Assembly: GCA_963772455.1 (NCBI GenBank) | Contig: CAVYXJ010000010.1 | Location: 384,001 to 448,000, forward strand | Direction of reading: 5' to 3' | Length of the DNA stretch: 64,000 nt | Source of the DNA: Candidatus Bathyarchaeota archaeon | GTDB lineage: Archaea; Thermoproteota; Bathyarchaeia; Bathyarchaeales; Bathycorpusculaceae | Shown here: positions 34,708-44,572 of the stretch, in pieces | How positions within the stretch are numbered: position 1 is the first letter of the stretch | Layout: each line of letters starts with the position of its first letter | Translations under genes and position numbers: made by a program | The notes under the pieces: model-generated | Databases searched by the model: none | Told to the model about the DNA's origin: nothing | The model's input: only the letters and a program-made list of their open reading frames with translations

Positions 34708-35241
34708 TTATTCTGCCTTCTGCATTTGTGGTTTCTTGTATTCTCCGAACCATCTTTGGAATATTTCAGTTCTCTTTAATAACTTGAAAATTGGCCATCC
34801 GATGAGTACGCTTGCAATGGCGTTTCCAAGGGCAACGTATGCTATGGTGGGAAGAAGCGGTAGCCCGTAAAGGTAGGATAACATCCAACCGACTGTTGTG
34901 CCTAAAACTGCAGAATAAGCTATGCAGGTTCCAATTACTGTGAAGTCTTTTTTGATGCGTTTGTAACCGTAGTAGACTAAAAAGGACATGGCAAACGAAG
35001 GTATAGTGTTTAGCAAGTCAATTGGACCTGCTGTTGAGAATATGTTACCAACGAATACTCCAAGTGTGTGACCAAAAACTCCCGCTAAACCAAGTAATGG
35101 AACAATAGCGAGCAAAGAGTCTGCTATTCGAATTTGAATTGGTCCATAAGAGAATGGTCCGAGAACAACAACTAGCGCTGCATAGAGTGCAGCATAAATC
35201 GCTATTAGAGCAATATTTTTAGTTCGTATTTTCAAGTGCAT
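34708..35241 (-). CDS. queT: QueT-family ECF S-component (7-deazaguanine precursor transporter)
   Basis: AIYAALYAAL...PFSYGPIQIRIADSL signature; abuts queC. Confidence 0.85.
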   Translation of the reverse strand: MHLKIRTKNIALIAIYAALYAALVVVLGPFSYGPIQIRIADSLLAIVPLLGLAGVFGHTLGVFVGNIFSTAGPIDLLNTIPSFAMSFLVYYGYKRIKKDFTVIGTCIAYSAVLGTTVGWMLSYLYGLPLLPTIAYVALGNAIASVLIGWPIFKLLKRTEIFQRWFGEYKKPQMQKAE

Positions 35242-35315
35242 TTTTCTCCCTACTCCCGGGTTTTATTTTGGTTGGCGGAACGGGTAGGAGAATTCACTCA
35301 CCCGCCAATTGCCCC
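35242..35315 (-). promoter_or_regulatory. Putative riboswitch-like leader of queT-queC
   Basis: TTGGCGG/CCGCCAA stem, A-rich AAAATAAAA tail, loop CTCCTACCCG able to pair with SD region CGGGAGTAGGGAG. Confidence 0.5.
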
Positions 35316-35394
35316 ATTAATTATTTGAGTTGCCTAAAAATGTTGTGAAAGATTTCATCGTAACTTGCGTTTGTTTGGTATATTTAAACTAATG

Positions 35395-35430
35395 TTAGTC
35401 AAGAAAGTTTGACTAAACTTAGTCAAGAAA
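35395..35430. repeat. Alternating direct/inverted TTAGTCAA triplet (putative operator)
   Basis: TTAGTCAA 35395-35402, TTGACTAA 35409-35416, TTAGTCAA 35419-35426, just after TATTTAAA. Confidence 0.55.
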
Positions 35431-35536
35431 CCTTTACGAAAATGCATTTATCAAGTGAAAAATAAAGCATGTCTATAGGAGAGCGAGGGACATGGCATTA
35501 AACCACTATGTAATAAATCATAGACTTCTAATACAA

Positions 35537-35662
35537 ATGCAAAAGAAAGGTTGCATTTTTTGCGCCATATGCCACCAACCTATTGTTGAAGGGCAGCGAG
35601 TGGCTTCAAGAAAATCTACAGCTGTACGTCATGAAGAATGTTATCAGAAATCATTTATTTAA
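35537..35662 (+). CDS. 41-aa zinc-finger microprotein
   Basis: MQKKGCIFCAICHQPIVEGQRVASRKSTAVRHEECYQKSFI; CxxC...HxxC. Confidence 0.5.
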   Translation: MQKKGCIFCAICHQPIVEGQRVASRKSTAVRHEECYQKSFI

Positions 35663-35868
35663 AAATTCGTAGAAACGATAAAAAATGAATTGATAAGACC
35701 AATTGCTCCAAACTTGTAATCACTGGCAAATTGCATGGATAACCCCGTCGCCAAGCTAACCAGATACCCTTTGCGAAATATTAATTAGGCTCTCGGAAAG
35801 ATTAGATGATGCTACTTCCTAGTGGATGTTACATTCCGTGAAACGGAGTTTTAGGGAGAACAAAACCT

Positions 35869-36513
35869 ATGTCACAAAACAATACAACTAGCCAACTAGT
35901 CCTAAAAGGCACAACAACAATCGGCGTCGTCTGCAAAGATGGCGTGATTTTAGCTTCGGACACTCGAGTAACAATGGGATATTACGTTGCACACAAATTC
36001 GGCAAAAAAGTTTACAAAATAGACGATCACATGGGTATGACCATCGCCGGAACCGTTGCAGACGCACAAAGAGTAGTTGATATATTGACCGCTAATGCGC
36101 ATCTTTACAAAATTAACCTTGGTCGCCCAATGCCGATTAGTTCAGCTGCAAGGTTAGTGGCGAACCTTCTGTTTTCAGCTAGATATGTGCCCCTTTCGAC
36201 ACAGGTTTTAGTCGGAGGCATAGATGAAACTGGACCTCACGTTTACAATTTAGATCCATACGGAAGTTTAACTGAAGAAAAATCTGTTTCAACTGGTTCA
36301 GGATCACTAGTTGCATACGGTATTCTTGAAGACAAGTTCCGTGAAGGCATGACTATCAAAGAATTACTTCCAATTATAGCCAAATCTGTTAATGCAGCAA
36401 TGAAACGTGACGTTGCAAGCGGCAACAATTACAACATTATTGTAATTGACCAATACGGTTACAAAGAATTGTCAGACAAGGAGAAATCTGACCTTCTCAA
36501 AGCAGGAAGTTAA
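35869..36513 (+). CDS. psmB: Proteasome subunit beta
   Basis: LKGTTTIG propeptide/catalytic Thr, AGTVADAQ, TGSGS, RDVASG. Confidence 0.95.
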   Translation: MSQNNTTSQLVLKGTTTIGVVCKDGVILASDTRVTMGYYVAHKFGKKVYKIDDHMGMTIAGTVADAQRVVDILTANAHLYKINLGRPMPISSAARLVANLLFSARYVPLSTQVLVGGIDETGPHVYNLDPYGSLTEEKSVSTGSGSLVAYGILEDKFREGMTIKELLPIIAKSVNAAMKRDVASGNNYNIIVIDQYGYKELSDKEKSDLLKAGS

Positions 36514-36518
36514 GGACT

Positions 36519-38453
36519 GTGGCTAGAACACAAGAAAAACGAACGCAAGACAAAGATAAAATTGAAATTAGCCAATATATTCTTGAAAAAGTCCCCCGTG
36601 AAGCAGAGGTAACTAGAATTGAATACGAAGGTCCAATGCTTGCGGTTTATACTAAAAAACCAGAAATCTTAGTTGATCAAAGCAGCATTGTTGCTGAAAT
36701 CGTCGGTGTTATTCGAAAAAGAATAGTTATTAGACCCGACCCATCCGTGCGCATTCCTGAAGTAGAAGCAGAGAAAATCGCACGTGAACTAATTCCTCCA
36801 GAAGCTGAGATAACAGATATTAATTTTGACCCAAGTCTTGGCGAAATTATCATTGAAACCAAAAAGCCTGGTTTAGTCATCGGTAGAAATGGCGCTGTAT
36901 TGCAGGAGATCATTAAGAAGACCAAATGGCGTCCTCACGTATTGCGAAGTCCGCCGATAAAATCCAAGATTGTTACTCACATGCGTCATTACCTTCATTC
37001 AGAAAGCAAGGAACGTGAACGTATCTTGCGCACTGTTGGTGAACGCATTTTTAGACCAAAAACCTATGACGTTGGAGATGTTCGAATGACAGTTCTTGGT
37101 GGCGCTCAAGAAGTTGGTCGTTCAGCATTTCTAATAAAAACACGTGAAAGCAGCGTATTGCTTGACTGTGGGATTAATCCAGGTTCGAATAGACCTTTTG
37201 AGTCGTTTCCACGTTTTGACTGTCCCGAGTTCCAGATAGATTCACTTGATGCCGTAGTAATTAGTCATGCCCACCTTGATCACTGCGGTTTAACCCCTTT
37301 TCTCTTCAAATACGGTTATGATGGTCCAGTTTATTGTACTGCTCCAACATCAAATTTGATGACTATGTTGCAGCTTGATTATTTGGATGTTGCCAGTAAA
37401 CAAGGTGTTACGCCGTTTTATGACCAAAAAGATGTGCGCGAATGCGTTTTGCACACTATACCTCTTAGGTATGGTGTGGTTACTGACATTGCCCCCGACA
37501 TCCGATTGACATTGCATAATTCAGGTCACATCTTAGGCGGTGCAATGGTTCACCTGCATATCGGTGAAGGTTTACACAACATCGTTTACACAAGCGACTA
37601 CAAGTTTGCTCGAACAATGCTTTTAGAAGCTGCGGCAACTGAGTTTCCACGCATTGAGACCGTGATTACAGAGAGCACTTACGGTGGAACAGAAGATTTC
37701 ATGCCCTCTAGAGTTGATGCAGAAGAAGCCATGACAAAAGTCATCAACCAAACTCTAGAACGCAAAGGCAAAGTTCTCATTCCAGTCCCAGCAGTAGGCA
37801 GAGCCCAAGAAATCATGCTTATCATCGACGGTTACATGAAACGAGGCTTGATGAAAGAAGCTCCAGTATTCATTGAAGGTATGATCAGTGAAGCAACAGC
37901 CATCCATACGGCTTACCCAGAATATCTTGGTAGAGAAGTACGCCACAGTATCCTCCACGAGGAAGTTAACCCGTTCCAATCAGATTATTTTACCATCGTT
38001 GAACACCCAAGTGTTCGTCAAAGCATAATTGATGGCGAACCATGCATTGTTCTAGCAACTTCAGGCATGCTTGAAGGCGGACCAGTAATTGAATACTTCA
38101 AGAGTTGGGCGCACGACGACAAAAACACAATCATTTTTGTCAGTTACCAGATTGAAGGAACCATGGGCAAACGTGTACAAAAAGGCGTTGGGGAAGTAAC
38201 CATGATGGATAACGAAGGCAAAATGGCAGCAATATCCGTCAAGATGCAAACAGAATCAATCGAAGGTTTTTCAGGACACTCTGACAGACGCCAACTCGTA
38301 AACTACTTAACTCACTTAACACCTAAACCGGAACGAATCTTTGTTGTGCACGGCGAAAAACAGAAAACAATGAACTTCGCCAACTTCATGGATGCTAAAG
38401 CAGGCATACACACAGTTGTTCCAGCCATTCTTGAAACCTATAGGCTACTATAA
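36519..38453 (+). CDS. aCPSF1/FttA KH-domain beta-CASP ribonuclease
   Basis: N-terminal KH domains, EVGRS, SHAHLDH, GFSGHSD, VHGE; follows psmB. Confidence 0.95.
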   Translation: MARTQEKRTQDKDKIEISQYILEKVPREAEVTRIEYEGPMLAVYTKKPEILVDQSSIVAEIVGVIRKRIVIRPDPSVRIPEVEAEKIARELIPPEAEITDINFDPSLGEIIIETKKPGLVIGRNGAVLQEIIKKTKWRPHVLRSPPIKSKIVTHMRHYLHSESKERERILRTVGERIFRPKTYDVGDVRMTVLGGAQEVGRSAFLIKTRESSVLLDCGINPGSNRPFESFPRFDCPEFQIDSLDAVVISHAHLDHCGLTPFLFKYGYDGPVYCTAPTSNLMTMLQLDYLDVASKQGVTPFYDQKDVRECVLHTIPLRYGVVTDIAPDIRLTLHNSGHILGGAMVHLHIGEGLHNIVYTSDYKFARTMLLEAAATEFPRIETVITESTYGGTEDFMPSRVDAEEAMTKVINQTLERKGKVLIPVPAVGRAQEIMLIIDGYMKRGLMKEAPVFIEGMISEATAIHTAYPEYLGREVRHSILHEEVNPFQSDYFTIVEHPSVRQSIIDGEPCIVLATSGMLEGGPVIEYFKSWAHDDKNTIIFVSYQIEGTMGKRVQKGVGEVTMMDNEGKMAAISVKMQTESIEGFSGHSDRRQLVNYLTHLTPKPERIFVVHGEKQKTMNFANFMDAKAGIHTVVPAILETYRLL

Positions 38454-38476
38454 GCTAAAATAGAAACTTTAGAAAT

Positions 38477-39061
38477 TTACGCTGATGTAGGTAAAGGACT
38501 ACTGGAGACCGGTGCAGGCGATTTTTCTCGCCAAATCCGTATAGTTTTTGGGCAAATAACTACTCGTTCTTCACCTAGTCGTGCAATGTCGCCGCCTATC
38601 GAATCAGAAAATTCATAGAGATCATTTACTGCGGTCTTTACGTCTTCTATGCTTTTACTGGCGAGCGGAGTTACTCGTAAAATGATGATGTTGCCGTTTT
38701 TGACTTCGGTTTTTATAGTTTCAATGTCGGATAGTTCACGCAAAGGCATTGCTTTTAAGTATGTTTTGTTTGGAGTTTCGGGTTTTTGTTCCGCGGGTGG
38801 TTGAGTGATTTCTTGTTTTTGCTCGACAGTTGGTGCAATGTTTTCTTGCGTTTGCTCTTGGACAAGTGAAGGGGCTTGTTGCGGTAGCTCTTGAGTCGAT
38901 ACTAAAGGTTCTTCTTTTGTTTCTTGAACGGGTGCAATGGGTTCTTGCGGTGATTCAGTCTCAATCGGAGCAGGAGCTTCTACTTTGGGTTCTTCTTGAG
39001 GAGGCACGGCTGGGTTTTCTTGATCTGTATGTTTCTTTTTGCGGAATAGATTGAAAGGCAA
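38477..39061 (-). CDS. sepF: Cell division protein SepF with long Pro/Glu/Gln linker
   Basis: N-terminal MPFNLFRKKK amphipathic stub; EVKNGNIIILRVTPL...GGDIARLGEERVVICP core. Confidence 0.85.
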   Translation of the reverse strand: MPFNLFRKKKHTDQENPAVPPQEEPKVEAPAPIETESPQEPIAPVQETKEEPLVSTQELPQQAPSLVQEQTQENIAPTVEQKQEITQPPAEQKPETPNKTYLKAMPLRELSDIETIKTEVKNGNIIILRVTPLASKSIEDVKTAVNDLYEFSDSIGGDIARLGEERVVICPKTIRIWREKSPAPVSSSPLPTSA

Positions 39062-39231
39062 TTTTTTCTCCCCTAAACCCTCTATTATTGATGCTTTAAC
39101 AGTTAAGCGTTTCTTCCCTTTAACTTTGACACAGAGCTTCAGTTTAGATTTGTTGGTACAAGAATATTTGATTTGTGCTAGAACTTTCTTTACTTTATGA
39201 TTTTCTTAGCTAAAAGGTTCGCAAACAAGGT

Positions 39232-39585
39232 TTAAACAAAGAGAATTATAAGATTATTTACTATAACGATGAAAAGGAAAATCATTAAGCCTAAATAGAC
39301 TACTTTCATCAACATGCTTGAGTATCTGAATGACTTGCTTTCTTTATTTAGAGTTTTGTTTAAGCTTCTTTTAGCTAAAATATAGGTGAAACCTATCAGG
39401 AAAGTTGCTGAAATTTTTACGACTAAGAACGCAATAATGTTTGTGCTGACAATGCCCGTCATTAATGGATTCAACTCTGTAGCTCCAAAATAGAGAACTC
39501 CAATAACAGTCGTTAGGCAATCGATGGAACCCATTAGTATTAAAATGAAACTTGGAAATACATCTGACTTTATCCCGTAATACAT
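39232..39585 (-). CDS. Small membrane protein (DUF5658-like)
   Basis: DCLTTVIG...GATELNPLM motif with 3 TM helices. Confidence 0.65.
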   Translation of the reverse strand: MYYGIKSDVFPSFILILMGSIDCLTTVIGVLYFGATELNPLMTGIVSTNIIAFLVVKISATFLIGFTYILAKRSLNKTLNKESKSFRYSSMLMKVVYLGLMIFLFIVIVNNLIILFV

Positions 39586-39873
39586 CGAAGCCTTCTCCTT
39601 CTCCCTGCTTCCCCTTTTTTCTCAAACATGTTTTGCTGTCAATGCATAAGAAGTAAATTACTGAACTCGATATATTCCTGATTCAAAAACAGCAAAAAAG
39701 CTCTCTTCAACGAGGCTTAATACATAATAGTGCATACACCAAAATAAACTTTTCCAATCTAAAAAAAGATATTCTTTTGCCAGTCGTTCTAAAATGACTG
39801 GTTGAAAGTCTCTGGTTTATGCGCATAAGCCTTATATTTTAAAGGGTTAACCTCTTTTGCTGAAGGATCCACG

Positions 39874-40947
39874 ATGCACAAAAGACTTTTGATTCCTGGT
39901 CCAACAGAAGTTAGCCAAGAAATCCTAAGAGAACAGACTCAACCAATGATTGGTCACCGAGAAAAAGAGTTTGCCGAGTTTTACGGTGGAATAACAAGTA
40001 AACTCACCAAATTTTTCGAGTTGAAAGAAGACTGTAAACCCACAGTAACCACTTCTTCGGGAACATTATGGTTTGACATAATAGGTAGAAGCATCGTGAA
40101 ACAAAAAGCGTTAGTGTGTGTTAACGGCGCTTTCTCTCAGAGATGCGCGCAAACTATCGCCTCCTGCGGTAAAACAGCAGACATCTTAGATGTTGAATGG
40201 GGCAAAGCTGTTACGCCTGAAGTGGTTGCAGCTAAACTTGATGGTGGCAACTATGATACCTTAACAGTTTGCCATAATGAAACATCAACAGGCGTTAGAA
40301 GCCCAATTGCGGAAATTGGAGCAATGGTGCACAAAGAATACCCGGAGGTTATTTATGCAGTAGATGCGGTTTCTTCAATGGCAGGCGATAAAACTTTACC
40401 CAGTGAAATCGGCTGCGACATCGTTTTCGGATCGACACAAAAATGTTTTGCTCTACCCCCAGGGTTAGCAATTGCCCTTGTCAATGATTGCGCAATTGAG
40501 CGAGCTAAACAAGTTCCAAACAGAGGAGCTTATACCGATCTTATAGACATTTTCGAGTTTGAAAAGAAACATCAAACCCCCTTCACCCCAAACATTTCAC
40601 TTCTATACGCCTTAAACAGACGAATGGACCTTTTACTTGAAGAAACTTACGACAAGGTATACCAACGTCATTTAGACATGGCAAACTTCACCCAAAAATG
40701 GGCAAGAAAACATTTTGCTATGTTCCCAGAATCTGGATCTGAATCAATTACAGTCAGCTGTATCCAAAATACCCAAGCCAAAAACGTAAAAGATCTAAAC
40801 CAAAAACTCGCTGAAAAAGGATACATGATCTCAGGTGGATACGGTAAACTGGCGGAAAAAACTTTCCGAATCGGGCATATGGGCGAATGGAACCTAAGCG
40901 GTATCAAAGAAGTCATAGACTTAATTGACCAGATATGGGGATTATAA
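39874..40947 (+). CDS. Class V aminotransferase (serine/phosphoserine-glyoxylate type)
   Basis: LIPGPT, HNETSTG, VDAVSS, STQKCFALPPG, FRIGHMG. Confidence 0.9.
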   Translation: MHKRLLIPGPTEVSQEILREQTQPMIGHREKEFAEFYGGITSKLTKFFELKEDCKPTVTTSSGTLWFDIIGRSIVKQKALVCVNGAFSQRCAQTIASCGKTADILDVEWGKAVTPEVVAAKLDGGNYDTLTVCHNETSTGVRSPIAEIGAMVHKEYPEVIYAVDAVSSMAGDKTLPSEIGCDIVFGSTQKCFALPPGLAIALVNDCAIERAKQVPNRGAYTDLIDIFEFEKKHQTPFTPNISLLYALNRRMDLLLEETYDKVYQRHLDMANFTQKWARKHFAMFPESGSESITVSCIQNTQAKNVKDLNQKLAEKGYMISGGYGKLAEKTFRIGHMGEWNLSGIKEVIDLIDQIWGL

Positions 40948-41850
40948 GTGGCCATTAAGATTCTGGTTAGCGACAAAATATTTGACGAAGGCATAAAAAT
41001 TCTTCAGGAAAAAGGATACGAAGTCACCTGTGCATGGGATATGCCAAAGTCGGAATTGCCAAAAATTATTTCTGACTATGATGTGTTAATTGTGCGGTCA
41101 GCCACCAAAGTTAAAGGTGAATTGCTTGATAACGCTAAAAAACTCAAAGTTATCGGTCGTGCAGGTGAAGGCTTAGACAACATAGATTTCGAAAAAGCTC
41201 AAAAACTCGGCATTTCACTAGTTAATACACCACATGTTTCCTACATGAGCGTCGCAGAATTAACAATAGGCTATATGTTAGCTTTATCAAGAAACATTGT
41301 TCAGGGCACAACAAGTCTCCGAAACGGGGAATGGGAAAAAGAGAAATTAATGGGTCATGAAGTCAACGGAAAAACCTTGGGCATCATTGGATGTGGCTAC
41401 ATCGGCAAAAATGTCGAGCGTTTAGCAATAGCTCTTGGCATGAAAGTTTTACCCGTTGAGGAATGTGTTTATGACCGGTTCGTTCCACTTGGCCATATGC
41501 TCCCCCAAGCAGATTTCATTACAATTCACGTCCCGTTAACATCACACACACGTCATATGATTTCTGTAAAAGAATTTAACCTAATGAAAAATGGAGTAAT
41601 GCTTATTGATTGTTCTCGAGGCGGAGTGGTCGATCAAGAAGCACTCTACCAAGCCTTAGTTTCAGGCAAAGTTGCCGGGGCGGCATTGGATGTTTTTGAA
41701 GAAGAACCACCAAAAAACAACAAACTCTTAAAATTAAACAATGTTATCGCCACGCCACATATGGGTGCTCAAACAAGTGAAGCGCAGCTAAAGGCAAGCT
41801 TACAAATAGCTTATGGAGTTATTGAAGCGCTTAAAAAAACTGTGAGCTGA
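40948..41850 (+). CDS. serA: D-3-phosphoglycerate dehydrogenase (short, no ACT)
   Basis: VRSATKV, GRAGEGLDNID, TPHMGAQT.EAQ; abuts the aminotransferase. Confidence 0.8.
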   Translation: MAIKILVSDKIFDEGIKILQEKGYEVTCAWDMPKSELPKIISDYDVLIVRSATKVKGELLDNAKKLKVIGRAGEGLDNIDFEKAQKLGISLVNTPHVSYMSVAELTIGYMLALSRNIVQGTTSLRNGEWEKEKLMGHEVNGKTLGIIGCGYIGKNVERLAIALGMKVLPVEECVYDRFVPLGHMLPQADFITIHVPLTSHTRHMISVKEFNLMKNGVMLIDCSRGGVVDQEALYQALVSGKVAGAALDVFEEEPPKNNKLLKLNNVIATPHMGAQTSEAQLKASLQIAYGVIEALKKTVS

Positions 41851-41855
41851 AGTGT

Positions 41856-43133
41856 TTGGTTGACATAAGACCCTTTAAAGCCATTAGGTATACAAGTGAA
41901 GCTGGCGACCCAGAGGATTTGATTACTCAACCATATGATAAAATTGATTTACAAATGCAAAAAGAATACTATGCGAAATCACCGTACAATTACTGTCGCT
42001 TAATTCTGCCCATAGAGGAAAACAAGTATCAAGTTGCAAAAGAACGCATAATGCAATGGCTAAAAAAAGGCGTAATGTCAAAAGAAAACCAATCAGCAAT
42101 TTTTGTTTCACGCCAAGAATTCACCTTAGAGGGCAAAAAATATGTGCGAACAGGAATAATCGCTGCCCTAAAGCTCTACAATTATAGCGAAAACATGGTA
42201 TTTCCACACGAAGGTACCTACAAAGCGCCTAAAGCTGATCGCTTAAATATGTTGCGCACTGTTCAAAAGGACCTTGAACCAGTATTTTTAATTTATCAGG
42301 ACCAAGAAAAGAAAACAATTGCTTTTCTCGAGGAAATAGCTAAAACCGAACCAGTAACAGAAGTCACGGATTCCTTGAAAGTTAAGCATACTATTTGGAA
42401 AGTAACTGATCCTGAGAAAATAAGTCAGTTGCAAGCGGTGATGGGCTCCAAAACAATGGTAATAACAGATGGTCACCACCGCTATGAAAGCGCAATTGCT
42501 TATCGGGATGAAATTCGCGGTAAAGGCAACTATAACGAAGATTCAGCATTCAACTTCCACATGAGCTACATTGTGCCTGTTCAAGAAGAAGGCTTGGTCG
42601 TTTTGCCAACCCACAGGCTTCTCAAAGAATACAAGTTAACATCTGAGCTTTTGGAAGCATTCAAGTTTTTCTTTGAGGTTCATGACATTGAGCCAGATGT
42701 TAAGGGAATAGAGAATTTCTTAAAACAACACGTTAACGAACATGCTTTCTGTATCTACGATGGCTCAAAAGCTTATGGTTTAACGCTCAAACACGATAAA
42801 GCGGTCTATGACTTTGTGAACGCTAATGTATCGAAGGAAACAAAAATTTTTGATGTGGTAATCCTGCGTGATATAGTTTTCAAATTTATTTTAAAAACTG
42901 GTGAGTTAAACATGGACGAAAATATCCTCTACGTGCGTTGGACCCAAGCAGCAGTTGAGAAGGTTAACACTGGGGAAGCCAGCATAGCGTTCCTTGTTAA
43001 TCCAATTAGCGCTAAAACAGTTGCAGAAATAGCGCAACAACACGAACTTTTGCCAGAAAAAAGCACGGATTTTTATCCCAAGATGGTGTCTGGTCTTATG
43101 ATGATGGATATTTCTGCTAGCGAAAAACTCTAA
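41856..43133 (+). CDS. DUF1015 family protein
   Basis: IRPFKAIRY, PYD, PHE.T, ITDGHHRYE, LPTHR, KSTDFYPK. Confidence 0.88.
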   Translation: MVDIRPFKAIRYTSEAGDPEDLITQPYDKIDLQMQKEYYAKSPYNYCRLILPIEENKYQVAKERIMQWLKKGVMSKENQSAIFVSRQEFTLEGKKYVRTGIIAALKLYNYSENMVFPHEGTYKAPKADRLNMLRTVQKDLEPVFLIYQDQEKKTIAFLEEIAKTEPVTEVTDSLKVKHTIWKVTDPEKISQLQAVMGSKTMVITDGHHRYESAIAYRDEIRGKGNYNEDSAFNFHMSYIVPVQEEGLVVLPTHRLLKEYKLTSELLEAFKFFFEVHDIEPDVKGIENFLKQHVNEHAFCIYDGSKAYGLTLKHDKAVYDFVNANVSKETKIFDVVILRDIVFKFILKTGELNMDENILYVRWTQAAVEKVNTGEASIAFLVNPISAKTVAEIAQQHELLPEKSTDFYPKMVSGLMMMDISASEKL

Positions 43134-43223
43134 AAGCTTTTTCTAATTTAGCTCTTTCTTGATGAAAAATATTATAAGTCATTGACAAAAAATAGAGCTA
43201 AATTAAAAAAAGAGGAAAGAAAA

Positions 43224-43973
43224 ATGACTGAATCAGAAAAAATTACATTACCAACTCCAATTCCACCCACAAAAAAATACATTGCAGAATTAATCGGAAC
43301 AATGGTGCTGGTTTTGATGGGCTGCGGCAGCGCTGTTATTGCAGGCGCGAACCTTAGTGGTATAAATGGTAACGGAACAGTAGGCATCTCCTTTGCTTTC
43401 GGTCTTGCAGTATTAGCAATGGTTTACGCCATCGGCGCAATTTCAGGTTGCCATATTAACCCTGCAATTTCAATATCAATGTTTGTTGCTGGAAAATTAA
43501 ACGGAAAAGACACGGCATTCTACGTTATTTTTCAATGTGTAGGCGCAATAATCGGTGCGGGAATACTCTATGCAATAGCAGTTGGAAATCCAGCGTATAA
43601 TTTAGCAATAAACGGTTTGGGACAAAACGGTTATGACACTGCTTCGCCTGGAGGTTACAATATGGTTTCCGCTTTAATCGCTGAAATAGTCTTAACTTTC
43701 ATATTCTTGCTTGTCATCTTCGGCTCAACAAGTGAACGTGCACCAAAAGGATTTGCGGGAATTTCAATCGGCTTAACTTTAGTGCTTATTCATCTTGTAG
43801 CAATACCTATTGATGGCACATCAGTAAATCCAGCTAGAAGCCTTGGACCAGCATTATTCGCAGGATTAACTTCAGGCAGTGTAGCACTAAGTCAACTTTG
43901 GCTATTCATCGTCGCACCAATAATCGGCGGCATCTTAGCTGCAATAGTCTGGAAAATATTTAAGCAAAAATAA
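43224..43973 (+). CDS. Aquaporin (MIP family, AqpZ-like)
   Basis: SGCHINPAIS and TSVNPARS NPA motifs. Confidence 0.93.
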   Translation: MTESEKITLPTPIPPTKKYIAELIGTMVLVLMGCGSAVIAGANLSGINGNGTVGISFAFGLAVLAMVYAIGAISGCHINPAISISMFVAGKLNGKDTAFYVIFQCVGAIIGAGILYAIAVGNPAYNLAINGLGQNGYDTASPGGYNMVSALIAEIVLTFIFLLVIFGSTSERAPKGFAGISIGLTLVLIHLVAIPIDGTSVNPARSLGPALFAGLTSGSVALSQLWLFIVAPIIGGILAAIVWKIFKQK

Positions 43974-44016
43974 AACAATAACTTCCTTTTCTTTTTTGTC
44001 TAAAAATTAAAAAAGA

Positions 44017-44163
44017 TTATTTTACAAACTTTGTGGAATGTCTTTTGAAACGTTTCTTACAGACAAGACTGCAAAAATAATATGTTTCACCGTCATAAGA
44101 AATTTTGAATTTAGCTGTATTCTCGTCTAGAACTGTTCCGCAAACAGGATCTCTAAATGACAT
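44017..44163 (-). CDS. YHS-domain small protein (48 aa, not in ORF track)
   Basis: MSFRDPVCGTVLDE...YDGETYYFCSLVCKKRF. Confidence 0.85.
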   Translation of the reverse strand: MSFRDPVCGTVLDENTAKFKISYDGETYYFCSLVCKKRFKRHSTKFVK

Positions 44164-44308
44164 TACTTGTAGGTAACCCTCATCCACAAGATTCTACTTT
44201 CTGCCTATTATGGTTAGTGGTGGCACAGGACAAAACAAAAACGATTTTACTCCTCAAAATGTGCACTTGACAAATAAAGCGTATTGAAGCGGAAAACATG
44301 AAAAATAG

Positions 44309-44572
44309 TTAGTCGTCTTCGGCGTCTTCTTTAGCTAATTCAACTGCAATTTGATCATCATGACCGACGGCGTTTTTACGTGTTTCTTTTTTGCTAGGAC
44401 CTTCTTCTTCTCTCCCTCTCATGAAGCCTTCTTCAGCAGCAGTGATTTCATCATCGTCGAGCATTTCTTCTCTTTCTTTTGAGTTGTATATGTCTTCGGT
44501 TTCTTCTTCTACGTCAGGTTTGGGGTCTCCAGTGAATAAGTATGGTAGGGGTTTTTTTTTGGCTTTACTCAT
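44309..44572 (-). CDS. Small acidic hypothetical protein
   Basis: EDIY....REEMLDDDEITAAEEGFMRG; GAGGT RBS. Confidence 0.65.
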   Translation of the reverse strand: MSKAKKKPLPYLFTGDPKPDVEEETEDIYNSKEREEMLDDDEITAAEEGFMRGREEEGPSKKETRKNAVGHDDQIAVELAKEDAEDD

